Shown here: piece by piece, positions 1 through 9,848 of the stretch | Layout of the letters: the number at the start of each line of letters is the position of its first letter | Position numbering within the stretch: position 1 is the first letter of the stretch | Origin: Candidatus Thorarchaeota archaeon | GTDB taxonomy: Archaea > Asgardarchaeota > Thorarchaeia > Thorarchaeales > Thorarchaeaceae | NCBI GenBank assembly: GCA_016840855.1 | Contig: JAEORO010000161.1 | Location: 1-26,407 of the forward strand | Direction: 5' to 3' | Length of the DNA stretch: 26,407 nucleotides | Notes under the pieces: generated by a model | Seen by the model: only the letters and a program-made list of their open reading frames with translations | Database searches by the model: none | What the model was told of the DNA's origin: nothing | Program-made: the position numbers and the translations under genes

Positions 1-5
1 CAGAA

Positions 6-1268
6 ATGGGTTTATGGGCGGCACATTTAGCGAACGAAACGCTTCATTCACTGCATGTTGATGCTGAGTACTTTATAAATGATTATTATTTTCGCGAACC
101 AATAGGAGTGGAAGACTATTGGGACACCTACGATATGGTCTTTTTTGAAATGAACTTTCATAGTAATGACATTGAATGGCTAGCATACGAATTCTGGGGG
201 GAGTCAATCGGTGATCCTAATTGGAATTGGTGTAATTTCAAGAATGAAACCTACGACAACTTATGCGATAAGCTCCTTTACAGTGCAACATATGAAGAAG
301 TATATGAGGCTGTAGTAGAGATGCAGAAAATCCTGCATTATAATGTACCACGACTTGTTTTGTATGAGAACATATACATTCAAGCTTATAGAAATGACAA
401 ATTCATAGGTTATGTTTCAGACCTAGTGAACCAAATCTCTGGTCCATGGACCATGAGGAAAATCCACAAACTCGATGGAACGCGTGGAGGAACTGTTCGA
501 ATTGGTACTCCTTATCAACCAGATAGGTTCAATATTTGGGATTCTAAAAATCCAACATCAGCTGCGATATTTCGCGAGCTCTGGCCATCGTTATACTCAC
601 CTGCTCCAGATTTAACGCTTCAGCCCTATATTGCTGAGAAGATGCTCAAAGAAACTCATGTAGATAATCCAGACGTACCAGTAGGACATACTCGATTCAC
701 ATTCGACATCATTAGGAATGCGACTTGGAGTGATGGAGAGCCCCTTACAGCAGATGATGTGGTCTATACTCTAACATACATCACAGAGTCTCTTGCCTAT
801 GGCAATCCTGCGGCTGAAAGATTGGAGCATCTGTTTGCAGCTTATGCTCCTAGTCCATATACATGTGTGATAGAATTCTCCACAGAATCGTACTGGCATT
901 TCTCGCATTTTGCTTTCCAATATATCATACCAAGACACATCTTCAAAGACAACATCGGCTATGATGAATGGGCTAATTGGAACCCAGTGGTTGATGCAAA
1001 TGCACCTCATGTGACATCAGGACCGTTTTTATTTCATAGCTTGGACGCCGGTGAGTTTTACCAGCTAACAGCTAACCCAAGGTTTGCATATCTGGAATCA
1101 ATTGTGACAGACCATCCAGTAACGACCCCAATTACCACCACGTCACTAAATGGCGATGTAATCAATCCGGTCACCTTAGCGGCAACATTGCTGGTGGGAT
1201 TCTCATCTGTAGTAATTATTGTGATGGTCGCAGAGATTATTCGCAATAAGGGCAGAATGAAGACTTAG
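6..1268 (+). CDS. ABC transporter substrate-binding protein (peptide/nickel family 5-like) with C-terminal membrane anchor; probably 5'-truncated by the window edge
   Basis: Family-5 SBP motifs (IRNATWSDGEPLTADDVVYT, IIPRHIF, SGPF, LTANPRF, EMQKILHYNVP); Thr-rich linker, hydrophobic helix and basic tail at the C-terminus; the frame is open upstream of the ATG at 6. Confidence 0.85.
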   Translation: MGLWAAHLANETLHSLHVDAEYFINDYYFREPIGVEDYWDTYDMVFFEMNFHSNDIEWLAYEFWGESIGDPNWNWCNFKNETYDNLCDKLLYSATYEEVYEAVVEMQKILHYNVPRLVLYENIYIQAYRNDKFIGYVSDLVNQISGPWTMRKIHKLDGTRGGTVRIGTPYQPDRFNIWDSKNPTSAAIFRELWPSLYSPAPDLTLQPYIAEKMLKETHVDNPDVPVGHTRFTFDIIRNATWSDGEPLTADDVVYTLTYITESLAYGNPAAERLEHLFAAYAPSPYTCVIEFSTESYWHFSHFAFQYIIPRHIFKDNIGYDEWANWNPVVDANAPHVTSGPFLFHSLDAGEFYQLTANPRFAYLESIVTDHPVTTPITTTSLNGDVINPVTLAATLLVGFSSVVIIVMVAEIIRNKGRMKT

Positions 1269-4123
1269 TACAATGGACCATATCGAACATTAGGACCAAA
1301 GAGTGCCGCTCGTAAATGATTGCCCGTATATGATCTCCAAGCTTCACTAATCTCCTCGGGTGTACCTTGAGCTACAACCTCGCCGCCTCCATCGCCACCA
1401 TCTGGACCCAGATCAATCACCCAGTCTGCAGTTTTAACAATCTCAAGATTGTGCTCGACAATGATAATTGTGTTCCCTGCATCGACCAAACGATTCACCA
1501 CTCCAAGGAGGATATGAACATCTGAAGCTGAGAGCCCTGTGGAAGGTTCATCCATGATATAGAGTGTGTTCCCAGTTGCTTTTCGTGCGAGTTCTGCAGC
1601 AAGCTTCATCCGTTGTGCTTCTCCACCAGACAAGGTTGTTGCTGGTTGCCCAAGCTGGAGATACCCGAGTCCGACATCGACTAGTGTCTTAAGTCTATCA
1701 GCAATTTTCGGAATGTCACCAAAGAACTCTAGAGCTTCATCAATCGTCAGCCCGAGTACTTGAGTGATGTTCTTACCTTTGTACGTCACCTCGAGGGTTT
1801 CTCTATCAAATCGATTACCCTTACAGACATCACAGGTCATGAACACGTCTGACATGAAATGCATCTCAACCTGAAGAACTCCACTTCCTTTACATTTCTC
1901 ACATCGACCATCTCTTGTATTAAAGCTGAAACGTCCAGGACCAAAGCCTCTCTTCTTCGCTTCTGGCATTCTTGCGAACAATGATCGAATCTCACCAAAT
2001 GTCTTAGTATAAGTTGCTGGATTGCTACGAGGTGTTCGTCCTATTGGTGACTGATCTACGAGAATAATTCTATCAATATATTCAGAACCATCGATTGAAT
2101 CATGGTCGCCTGGAACCATGCTTGCTCTATTGATTCTCTGTGCCAAGGCTTTGTAAAGGGTTTCATACGTGAGTGAGCTCTTACCTGCTCCTGACACTCC
2201 AGAAACACAGATTACTGTACCAAGTGGAAAATCAACGTCTATGTTCTTTAGATTATTAGCACGAGCACCATGAACTGTGATCTTCTGACCATTCCCTTGA
2301 CGTCTATTGTCAGGTATTGGAATCTGTTTTGTTCCAGCAAGGTACTGAGCTGTCAAAGATTTCGGATCAGCAAGAACCTTCGCTGGAGATCCTTCAGCAA
2401 CAAGCCGCCCACCGTTCACTCCCGCTAAGGGACCTAGGTCGATGAGATGATCTGCTGCGGTGATTGTATCTCTGTCATGCTCAATTACCACAACTGTGTT
2501 GCCAAGAGACCTCAAATGGTAAAAGGTGTCAATGAGCTTTCCAATGTCGCGCGGGTGGAGCCCTATTGAAGGTTCATCAAGGCAGTAGAGAACTCCAGTT
2601 AGAGCAGAGCCAATCTGTGTAGCTAGTCTGATTCTCTGGCTCTCTCCACCTGAGAGTGTCATTGACGCTCTGTCAAGACTGAGATAATCAAGCCCAACGG
2701 CAAGGAGAAAATTAAGACGAGCTCGTATCTCTTTCAATACAAGTTCAGCTATCTTGAACTCTCGTTCTGTGAGTGGGATGTTCTTGAAGAACTCAGCCGC
2801 ACTTTCAATCGTCATTGACGTGATTTCATCAATTGGTTTACCCGCAACTGTCACTGCAAGACTCTCAGGTTTGAGCTTTCTACCACTACAAGCTTCGCAG
2901 TTTGTCTTTCGAGAGAATTCATTGGCGATGCGATTAGCCCACCAACGTTGGTATGCTTTTTCACTGCTCTTCCCTCGGTCGAACATTCGCTCAAGCCATG
3001 GAACGATGCCGTACCATCTTCTTGTAATTTCCCAAGTCGAATCAGTACCGTGATGGACATAATGGAGAGTATATTCAGGACGCCCCCAAATAAGAGCCTC
3101 GGCTTGGGATGCATTGAGCTCACCAAATCGGCTTTCAATCGAGAATCCGAGTAGTTCACCCAAGGCTTCAATTCGTTCATTCCACCAAGGACGCTCTCCA
3201 GCATTGATACGTCGACTGATCTCATGGAGTGTCATATTCTTATTTGGAATTACGAGGTCAGGATCAATAGACATTGTCACTCCAAGACCATTGCAAACGG
3301 GACATGCGCCATCAGGTCTATTGAACGAGAACGCTTTCGGACCCAATTTCTCATATTGTATTCCACACTTTGGACACATCAACTGTTCAGCAAAAGTCAG
3401 GTCATCTGCTCCTTCTCGTGACACGATTGCCCTGCCATCACCAGTTTCGAGAGCGGTTTCCAGTGAGCCAATCAAACGCTCTCTGTTCTTCTGATTCAAC
3501 TCAAGTCTGTCAACAACCACATCAATGTCATGCTTTTTCCTTGCATCTAAATCGACTTGATCGATGTCCATGACCTGTCCATCAACGCGTACACGCACAA
3601 ACCCATTCTTGTGAAGACCCTCTAGGCACTCCTCATGTTTTCCTACCTCACCGCAAACAACAGGCGCCAGAATATGAATTCGCTGTCCTCCGTTTTCATC
3701 AAGGAGAAGTCGTGCAGCAGACTCAGCAGTGAGTTGCTCCATTGGAAGACCGCAATTCACACAATGAGCGATTCCTATGTTTGCGTAGAGGAGCCTAAGA
3801 TAATCGTGGATCTCTGTGCTTGTTGAAACCGTTGACCGTGGATTCTTTGTGCGGCCCTTCTGCTCAATTGATATTGCTGGAGGAAGACCTGTAATCTTCT
3901 CGACCTTTGGCTTGTCAAGCCGCCCGAGGAATCTTCGAGCATATGAGCTAAGACTCTCGACGTAGCGTCTCTGTCCTTCTGCGAAGATTGTGTCCAAGAC
4001 GAGGGTTGACTTTCCAGACCCACTGGGACCAGTTACGACTACTAGACGGTCACGTGGGATGTCTACATCAATTGACTTGAGGTTATGTTCCTCAGCTTTC
4101 CGTACACTGATGTAGCCAGTCAT
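1265..4123 (-). CDS. uvrA: Excinuclease ABC subunit A, second paralog
   Basis: Two ABC domains (GPSGSGKST, LSGGESQR, LDEPSIGLH; GVSGAGKSS, LSGGEAQR, MDEP), CxxC zinc modules, EGQRRYVESLSSYAR, DQSPIGRTPRSNPATY; ATGA overlap with the upstream uvrA. Confidence 0.95.
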   Translation of the reverse strand: MTGYISVRKAEEHNLKSIDVDIPRDRLVVVTGPSGSGKSTLVLDTIFAEGQRRYVESLSSYARRFLGRLDKPKVEKITGLPPAISIEQKGRTKNPRSTVSTSTEIHDYLRLLYANIGIAHCVNCGLPMEQLTAESAARLLLDENGGQRIHILAPVVCGEVGKHEECLEGLHKNGFVRVRVDGQVMDIDQVDLDARKKHDIDVVVDRLELNQKNRERLIGSLETALETGDGRAIVSREGADDLTFAEQLMCPKCGIQYEKLGPKAFSFNRPDGACPVCNGLGVTMSIDPDLVIPNKNMTLHEISRRINAGERPWWNERIEALGELLGFSIESRFGELNASQAEALIWGRPEYTLHYVHHGTDSTWEITRRWYGIVPWLERMFDRGKSSEKAYQRWWANRIANEFSRKTNCEACSGRKLKPESLAVTVAGKPIDEITSMTIESAAEFFKNIPLTEREFKIAELVLKEIRARLNFLLAVGLDYLSLDRASMTLSGGESQRIRLATQIGSALTGVLYCLDEPSIGLHPRDIGKLIDTFYHLRSLGNTVVVIEHDRDTITAADHLIDLGPLAGVNGGRLVAEGSPAKVLADPKSLTAQYLAGTKQIPIPDNRRQGNGQKITVHGARANNLKNIDVDFPLGTVICVSGVSGAGKSSLTYETLYKALAQRINRASMVPGDHDSIDGSEYIDRIILVDQSPIGRTPRSNPATYTKTFGEIRSLFARMPEAKKRGFGPGRFSFNTRDGRCEKCKGSGVLQVEMHFMSDVFMTCDVCKGNRFDRETLEVTYKGKNITQVLGLTIDEALEFFGDIPKIADRLKTLVDVGLGYLQLGQPATTLSGGEAQRMKLAAELARKATGNTLYIMDEPSTGLSASDVHILLGVVNRLVDAGNTIIIVEHNLEIVKTADWVIDLGPDGGDGGGEVVAQGTPEEISEAWRSYTGNHLRAALFGPNVRYGPLY

Positions 4124-7065
4124 TTTGTAGACCTCCCCTCGCCTGCGATGGTCACGGTTGACTGTTTAGTCGAAGATACTTTATCCGGATTTGCAGGTTC
4201 TAGAAGCTCACGAAGATATTGTCCAGTATAGGACTCATTACATGCAACAATATCTTCAGGGGTTCCTTCTGCAACGAGATAGCCTCCATCATCCCCTCCT
4301 TCTGGCCCGAGGTCAATGACCCAGTCCGCAGTCTTGACAACATCAAGCTGGTGCTCGATGACCAAGATGGTATTCCCTAGATCTACAAGTCGGTGAAGGA
4401 CTTCTAGTAGTTTCTTGATGTCTGCAAAGTGTAAACCTGTGGTTGGCTCATCAAGCAGAATTAGAGTCTGTCCTGTCGCTGGTCTTGATAGGAATTTGCT
4501 TAGCTTGATACGCTGAGCTTCACCGCCAGATAGCGTGGTTGCAGGTTGTCCTAATTTGACATAACCCATGCCCACCTCACATAGAGTTTCGAGCCTGCGA
4601 TGCACTGAGGGGATGCCTTCAAAGAATACTACTGCCTCATCAATCCGCATGTCGAGGATGTCAGCGATGTTCTTCCCCTTGAATCTCACCTGAAGGGTTT
4701 CTCTGTTGTAGCGTCGTCCCTTACACTCGCTGCAGGTGACTTGTACTGGCGGGAGGAACTGCATCTCAATGACCTCCACTCCAGCTCCCTTACAGGTTTC
4801 ACAACGCCCGCCCTTCACATTGAAACTGAATCGACCAGGTTTGTATCCGCGTATCAGTGACTCAGGAAGACTCGAGAAAAGGTCTCGTAACGGAGACCAT
4901 AGACCTACGTAGGTTGCCGGATTAGAACGAGGAGTCCTTCCGATAGGACTCTGATCAATGACGATAACCTTGTCCAGTTGCTCGACGCCCACAATCTCGT
5001 CAAACTTGCCGGGCTTAGCTTCAGCATTATGGAATCGTCGTGCAAGCTCTCGCTGAAGTGTTTCAACAATCAATGAAGACTTTCCGGAGCCTGAAACCCC
5101 AGTTGTCGAAACAAACATCCCAAGGGGTATTCGTATGTTTAGGTTCTTCAAGTTGTTATGCTTGCACCCTCTGAGTTCAATGAATCGTCCGTTTGGTTGT
5201 CTTCGATGCTCAGGAACTGGTATCTTCTCATCACCCCTGAGATACCGAGCTGTGGTGGACTTCTTTGATTTCAAGACATCATCAAGAGTTCCACAAACAA
5301 CAACCTCACCACCCTCTGAACCAGCCCCTGGTCCCAAGTCAACGATATAGTCTGCTGTGCGAATAGTTTCCTCATCATGCTCAACAACAAGGACATTGTT
5401 ACCAAGATCTCTGAGTCGGAGTAAAGACTTCAGAAGTCGAATATTATCGCGACTGTGAAGACCAATTGATGGTTCGTCGCAAACATAAGTCACTCCAACA
5501 AGATTCGATCCAATCTGACTGGCCAGTCGTATTCGTTGAGCTTCACCTCCAGCAAGACTGGGAGCAGACCTATCAAGAGTGAGATACTCAAGTCCTACAT
5601 CCTCTAAGAACCCAATCCGTCCTAGAATCTCACGAAGAATAGGTTCTGCTACTGGTTTTAATCGAGGTTCTACTTTAGCCTTCTCAAAGAACTCTCGAAG
5701 AGCTTTGATTGAGAAGCTGTTTACCTCTGTAATGGATTTTTCATTGAAAGTGACAGCTTGTGATTCAGGTCTCAATCGACTGCCTTGACAAACGGGGCAT
5801 GTTTGTGCAGACATATACTTCTCCAAAATGCCTCGACCATATTCAGACTTCGTTGTCTTGTAGATTCGTTTAGCACGCTCAACCCATCCCTCAAAGGGTC
5901 TCTTGAATGTCCCCTTGTACTGCACTTCAAACTCCGGATTGTCACCCTCCCAAGTGGCTTCGAACTTCCTTGAGCCTGAACCATATAGAAGAAGGTCTTG
6001 CTGCTTCTGGGTCATGTCTTTCCAAGGTGTGTCCATGGTGAATCCATATTTCTCAACAATATTCTTTGTAAAGACACGTTTGAGCTTCCATTGGTCCGTC
6101 TGAAAGAGACCAGTGTTTAGCGACCGATTCGGGTCTGAGATGAACAGGTCAGGGTCGAACTCACGAATGACACCGATTCCTGTACAATTTGGACAAGCAC
6201 CCTGAGGAGTGTTCCAGCTGAAGATACGCGGCTCCATCTCAGGAAGACTGATTCCACAGTCTACACAAGCGAATTGCTCTGAAAGGGTAAAATCTCCATC
6301 AGGCGTGACAATTGTGACAACCCTCTCAGCCATATTTAGAGCGGTTTCCACGGCCTCAGAGATGCGACCACGCTCGGACTCCTTTACTGCAAGCCTATCG
6401 ATGACCACCTCAATTGTGTGCTCGAAATACCTATCGAGAGACATTCCCTCTTCCAGCTCAGTCAGCTTTCCATCAACACGGGCCCGGATAAAGCCTTTCT
6501 TGAGGAGGTCTCGGAACTCCTTCCTGTACTCTCCTTTCCTCCCTCGAACGATGGGAGCAAGAATCATGATACGCGAACCTTCTTTGAGGTTCAACACTCG
6601 ATCGACCATCTGTTGAGAGGTCTGAGGTTCTATCTTTTTCTTACACTGTGGACAATGAGGTTCTCCCACTCGGGCATATAAGAGTCTGAGATAATCATAG
6701 ATTTCTGTGATTGTTCCAACACTCGATCTCGGATTCCTACTCACACTCTTCTGGTCAATAGATATTGATGGCGAGAGACCTGTCATAAGGTCAACTTTAG
6801 GTTTCTCAAGCATCCCCAGAAATTGACGTGCGTAAGGAGAGAGGGATTCCACAAATCTTCGTTGACCTTCGCTATATATTGTGTCGAAGACGAGTGAGCT
6901 CTTCCCAGAACCAGAAAGTCCTGTGACAACTGTAAACGTATTCTTAGGGATAGTGACATCGATATGCTTCAGATTATGTTCAGCCGCACCCATGACAATG
7001 ATAGATCTGGGGCCATCTGCCTCAGTATCAGTGGCTCCATTGTTCTTATCTGCTGCCGAATTCAC
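4120..7065 (-). CDS. uvrA: Excinuclease ABC subunit A
   Basis: GLSGSGKSS, EGQRRFVESLSPYARQFLG, UvrB-binding domain (ILAPIVRGRKGEY...GFIRARVDG), second ABC domain with RTPRSNPATY and LSGGEAQR; GTG start overlaps the uvrB stop (TAGTG). Confidence 0.97.
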   Translation of the reverse strand: MNSAADKNNGATDTEADGPRSIIVMGAAEHNLKHIDVTIPKNTFTVVTGLSGSGKSSLVFDTIYSEGQRRFVESLSPYARQFLGMLEKPKVDLMTGLSPSISIDQKSVSRNPRSSVGTITEIYDYLRLLYARVGEPHCPQCKKKIEPQTSQQMVDRVLNLKEGSRIMILAPIVRGRKGEYRKEFRDLLKKGFIRARVDGKLTELEEGMSLDRYFEHTIEVVIDRLAVKESERGRISEAVETALNMAERVVTIVTPDGDFTLSEQFACVDCGISLPEMEPRIFSWNTPQGACPNCTGIGVIREFDPDLFISDPNRSLNTGLFQTDQWKLKRVFTKNIVEKYGFTMDTPWKDMTQKQQDLLLYGSGSRKFEATWEGDNPEFEVQYKGTFKRPFEGWVERAKRIYKTTKSEYGRGILEKYMSAQTCPVCQGSRLRPESQAVTFNEKSITEVNSFSIKALREFFEKAKVEPRLKPVAEPILREILGRIGFLEDVGLEYLTLDRSAPSLAGGEAQRIRLASQIGSNLVGVTYVCDEPSIGLHSRDNIRLLKSLLRLRDLGNNVLVVEHDEETIRTADYIVDLGPGAGSEGGEVVVCGTLDDVLKSKKSTTARYLRGDEKIPVPEHRRQPNGRFIELRGCKHNNLKNLNIRIPLGMFVSTTGVSGSGKSSLIVETLQRELARRFHNAEAKPGKFDEIVGVEQLDKVIVIDQSPIGRTPRSNPATYVGLWSPLRDLFSSLPESLIRGYKPGRFSFNVKGGRCETCKGAGVEVIEMQFLPPVQVTCSECKGRRYNRETLQVRFKGKNIADILDMRIDEAVVFFEGIPSVHRRLETLCEVGMGYVKLGQPATTLSGGEAQRIKLSKFLSRPATGQTLILLDEPTTGLHFADIKKLLEVLHRLVDLGNTILVIEHQLDVVKTADWVIDLGPEGGDDGGYLVAEGTPEDIVACNESYTGQYLRELLEPANPDKVSSTKQSTVTIAGEGRSTK

Positions 7066-9047
7066 TATTCCATTCCCTCAATTCTCTTCCTGAGACTAGC
7101 AATCTGATCACGAAGTCGAGCAGCTTTCTCAAATTCCAGATTCCTTGCAGCCTCCTTCATCTGCTCCTCAAGGTCGATGATGTAGTCAGCTAGCTCATCT
7201 ACTTCGAATGGATCAAAGTCCTCAAGACTTGTCTGGCGGGTCTTCTCCGGTGTTTTGATTCCCTGAGCAATGTCTTGAATTGACTTGATAATTGACTCAG
7301 GCTGAATGCCATGCTCTTCATTATACTTCAGCTGATATGATCGCCGACGGTTTGTTTCATCAATGGCGGTCTGCATGGCAGTGGAAACATGATCCCCATA
7401 TAGGATGACTCGACCGTTTGCATTACGAGCTGCACGACCCATAGTTTGAATGAGCGCCCAGTCAGTCCTGAGGAATCCTTCCTTATCAGCATCGAGGATG
7501 GCAACCAGACCCACTTCTGGCAAGTCAAGGCCCTCTCTTAGAAGATTGATTCCTACGAGTACATCAAACTTGCCTTGTCGCAGTTGACGTACTATCTCAA
7601 TTCGTTCCACAGTTCCAATATCTGAGTGAAGATATCGTGCCTTGACTCCTGCCTCAACGAGATACTCACTCAACATCTCAGATGTCTTTTTTGTTAGTGT
7701 AGTTACAAGAACTCGGTCACCCATCTCAACAGACTTATTGATCTCACCGAGTAAGTGGTCAACTTGCCCTATAACGGGTCTGACTGTTATTGCGGGATCA
7801 AGGAGTCCGGTAGGCCGAAGGAGCTGTTCTACAATCTGCTGACTTTTCTGGCCCTCATATGGACCGGGAGTCGCACTTGTGTAAACAACGTGTTTCATGT
7901 ACTTTTCAAACTCATGAAACCTCAGAGGTCTATTATCAATGGCAGAAGGAAGTCTAAAACCATAATCGACTAAGTTCTGTTTTCGAGAAAGGTCCCCATT
8001 ATACATACCTCGTATCTGAGGTATTGTCATATGACTCTCATCGATAATCATCAGAAAGTCCTCAGGAAAATAATCGAGAAGGGTGTATGGCTTCTCACCA
8101 ATGGCTCGACCATCGATGAATCGAGAGTAGTTCTCAATACCTGAACACATCCCTGTTTCCCTGAGCATCTCAATATCGTACATTGTTCGTCTCTTGAGTC
8201 GATCAGCTTCTACAAGTTTGCCCTGCTTCCTGAACCATTCGACACGTTCACGCATCTCCTGTTCTATTGGTTCGAGAGCTTTGATGATGGTTTCATGTTG
8301 AGCTATGTGATGTTTAGCTGGGAACAACTCAATCCAGTTGGGTTCATACAGTCTTTTGGACGTCAATCCTTCCAAGACAGTGAGTCGCTCAACTCGGTCT
8401 CCATCTAATTCAATTCTGATACTGTTTTCTGAGCCTGCAGGATAGACATCAACGACATCACCACGAACTCGGAAGATGCCGGGCTTGATTTCCATATCAT
8501 TTCGTTCATACTGCATAGCCACCAGACGTTCCAATATCTCCCGCCTATCGATCTGATTGCCACGTTCAAGAAACATCCTGAAGTAATCATATTCGCTCGG
8601 ATTTCCCACACCATAAATACAGGAAACTGAGGCTACAACAATTGTATCTTTTCGAGCCCTCAAAGAGTGCGTCGCAGAATGACGAAGTCTTTCAATCTCT
8701 TGATTGATATCCGTTTCTTTCTCAATGTACATGTCCTTACTAGGAACATAAGCTTCTGGCTGGTAGTAGTCATAGTATGAAACGAAGTATTCAACACCCG
8801 CATCTGGAAAGAACTGCTTATACTCAGAGGTCAGCTGAGCAGCCAATGTCTTGTTATGAGAGATTACAAGCGTTGGTTTATTGTATGTTTCAATAACATT
8901 CGCCATTGTGAATGTCTTGCCAGAACCAGTGACCCCTAGTAGGGTCTGATGTAGCAGACCATTCTCGAGACCCTCCACTAGTTTCTCAATGGCTTGAGGT
9001 TGATCGCCAGTGGGTTTGAATGGAGCCTCTAGTTTGAAATCACTCAT
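7065..9047 (-). CDS. uvrB: Excinuclease ABC subunit B
   Basis: PTGDQPQAI, GVTGSGKT, beta-hairpin FVSYYDYYQPEAY, IDESH, INLLREGLDLPEV, GRAARN, C-terminal UVR domain (AARNLEFEKAARLRD). Confidence 0.98.
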   Translation of the reverse strand: MSDFKLEAPFKPTGDQPQAIEKLVEGLENGLLHQTLLGVTGSGKTFTMANVIETYNKPTLVISHNKTLAAQLTSEYKQFFPDAGVEYFVSYYDYYQPEAYVPSKDMYIEKETDINQEIERLRHSATHSLRARKDTIVVASVSCIYGVGNPSEYDYFRMFLERGNQIDRREILERLVAMQYERNDMEIKPGIFRVRGDVVDVYPAGSENSIRIELDGDRVERLTVLEGLTSKRLYEPNWIELFPAKHHIAQHETIIKALEPIEQEMRERVEWFRKQGKLVEADRLKRRTMYDIEMLRETGMCSGIENYSRFIDGRAIGEKPYTLLDYFPEDFLMIIDESHMTIPQIRGMYNGDLSRKQNLVDYGFRLPSAIDNRPLRFHEFEKYMKHVVYTSATPGPYEGQKSQQIVEQLLRPTGLLDPAITVRPVIGQVDHLLGEINKSVEMGDRVLVTTLTKKTSEMLSEYLVEAGVKARYLHSDIGTVERIEIVRQLRQGKFDVLVGINLLREGLDLPEVGLVAILDADKEGFLRTDWALIQTMGRAARNANGRVILYGDHVSTAMQTAIDETNRRRSYQLKYNEEHGIQPESIIKSIQDIAQGIKTPEKTRQTSLEDFDPFEVDELADYIIDLEEQMKEAARNLEFEKAARLRDQIASLRKRIEGME

Positions 9048-9118
9048 CTACTCTGACCTCGACCATTCAGGACTGCACACTCCTGACTGTAAGTAACCTT
9101 TACGGTACCTGCCACGCC

Positions 9119-9235
9119 TCGACAGCATTCTGTGAAATACACTAGTACATGGATTTTCTCGACCACCATCATCCATCCCAATGTACTGACTCGACCGAGA
9201 GAGATTGTCGAAACTAACACAGAGAGCTTTGTCGA
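9119..9235. ncRNA. Candidate structured RNA (three-way junction with loop-loop complementarity) upstream of uvrB
   Basis: Closing stem 9119-9134/9218-9235, stem 9144-9154/9175-9187, stem 9191-9195/9207-9211; loops TTCTCG and CGAGAG are complementary; manual folding only. Confidence 0.35.
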
Positions 9236-9377
9236 CTCGTAGAGTCGAAGGACTCCTCTATTAATCTTTGAAGCTCGGTTACTCCGAGAGAGGCAGGGTT
9301 TCTTTCTTACTGAAGGATAACTCACACCTTCTGAATCTTTATAGGTCTATGGAAAAAGAAGCAAACAGTGATTTCTC

Positions 9378-9827
9378 TTGAGTAACTATGTCTGGACCCG
9401 AGTACTCATACCGATGATCATTGGTTTTGGTGTCACATTTCTCTTCATTTTCATCATGTTTGAAGCATTCGGAATTTCAGAGTTGGTCTGGCCAATCCTT
9501 TTCCCGATTCTAACAACTACATTTGTGACCTTCTTCGTTGTGTTTTGCATCATCGGGCTTGCATCAGGTAAAGCATTCAAAGTTCCAAGCGATCAAGAGA
9601 TGGCTAAACTTACCTCATATCCGCGATATCGTGAGCATGACGGTGCTATTACTGAATATCCCACCTATGATAGCCTCTCAACTGGAGCTGTATATGTCAT
9701 TCCTCTATATTGTCCTCATTGCATGAATAAGTTAGAGCTCAGTAAAGCTGAGTGGATAGGTCCAAATGAGCTTACATGTCAGAATTGTCAAAGCATTGTT
9801 CAGGTCGGTGTGCGAGAGAATTTTTAA
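9378..9827 (+). CDS. Membrane protein with two N-terminal TM helices and a C-terminal zinc ribbon
   Basis: Two hydrophobic segments, then CPHC-x17-CQNC; TTTATA at 9338-9343 upstream. Confidence 0.75.
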   Translation: MSNYVWTRVLIPMIIGFGVTFLFIFIMFEAFGISELVWPILFPILTTTFVTFFVVFCIIGLASGKAFKVPSDQEMAKLTSYPRYREHDGAITEYPTYDSLSTGAVYVIPLYCPHCMNKLELSKAEWIGPNELTCQNCQSIVQVGVRENF

Positions 9828-9848
9828 TCGATGGAGATTTGAACACAA

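Noticed and set aside
9140-9217. Canonical hammerhead ribozyme on the + strand
   Set aside because: The core reads CUGACUC instead of CUGANGA, and stem I is out of register by 2 nt
9044-9325. 93-aa ORF overlapping the uvrB start by ATGA
   Set aside because: Composition is not protein-like (Ser/Arg/Val/Cys-rich), it has no recognisable motif, and it spans promoter-like and structured sequence; a uORF is not fully excluded
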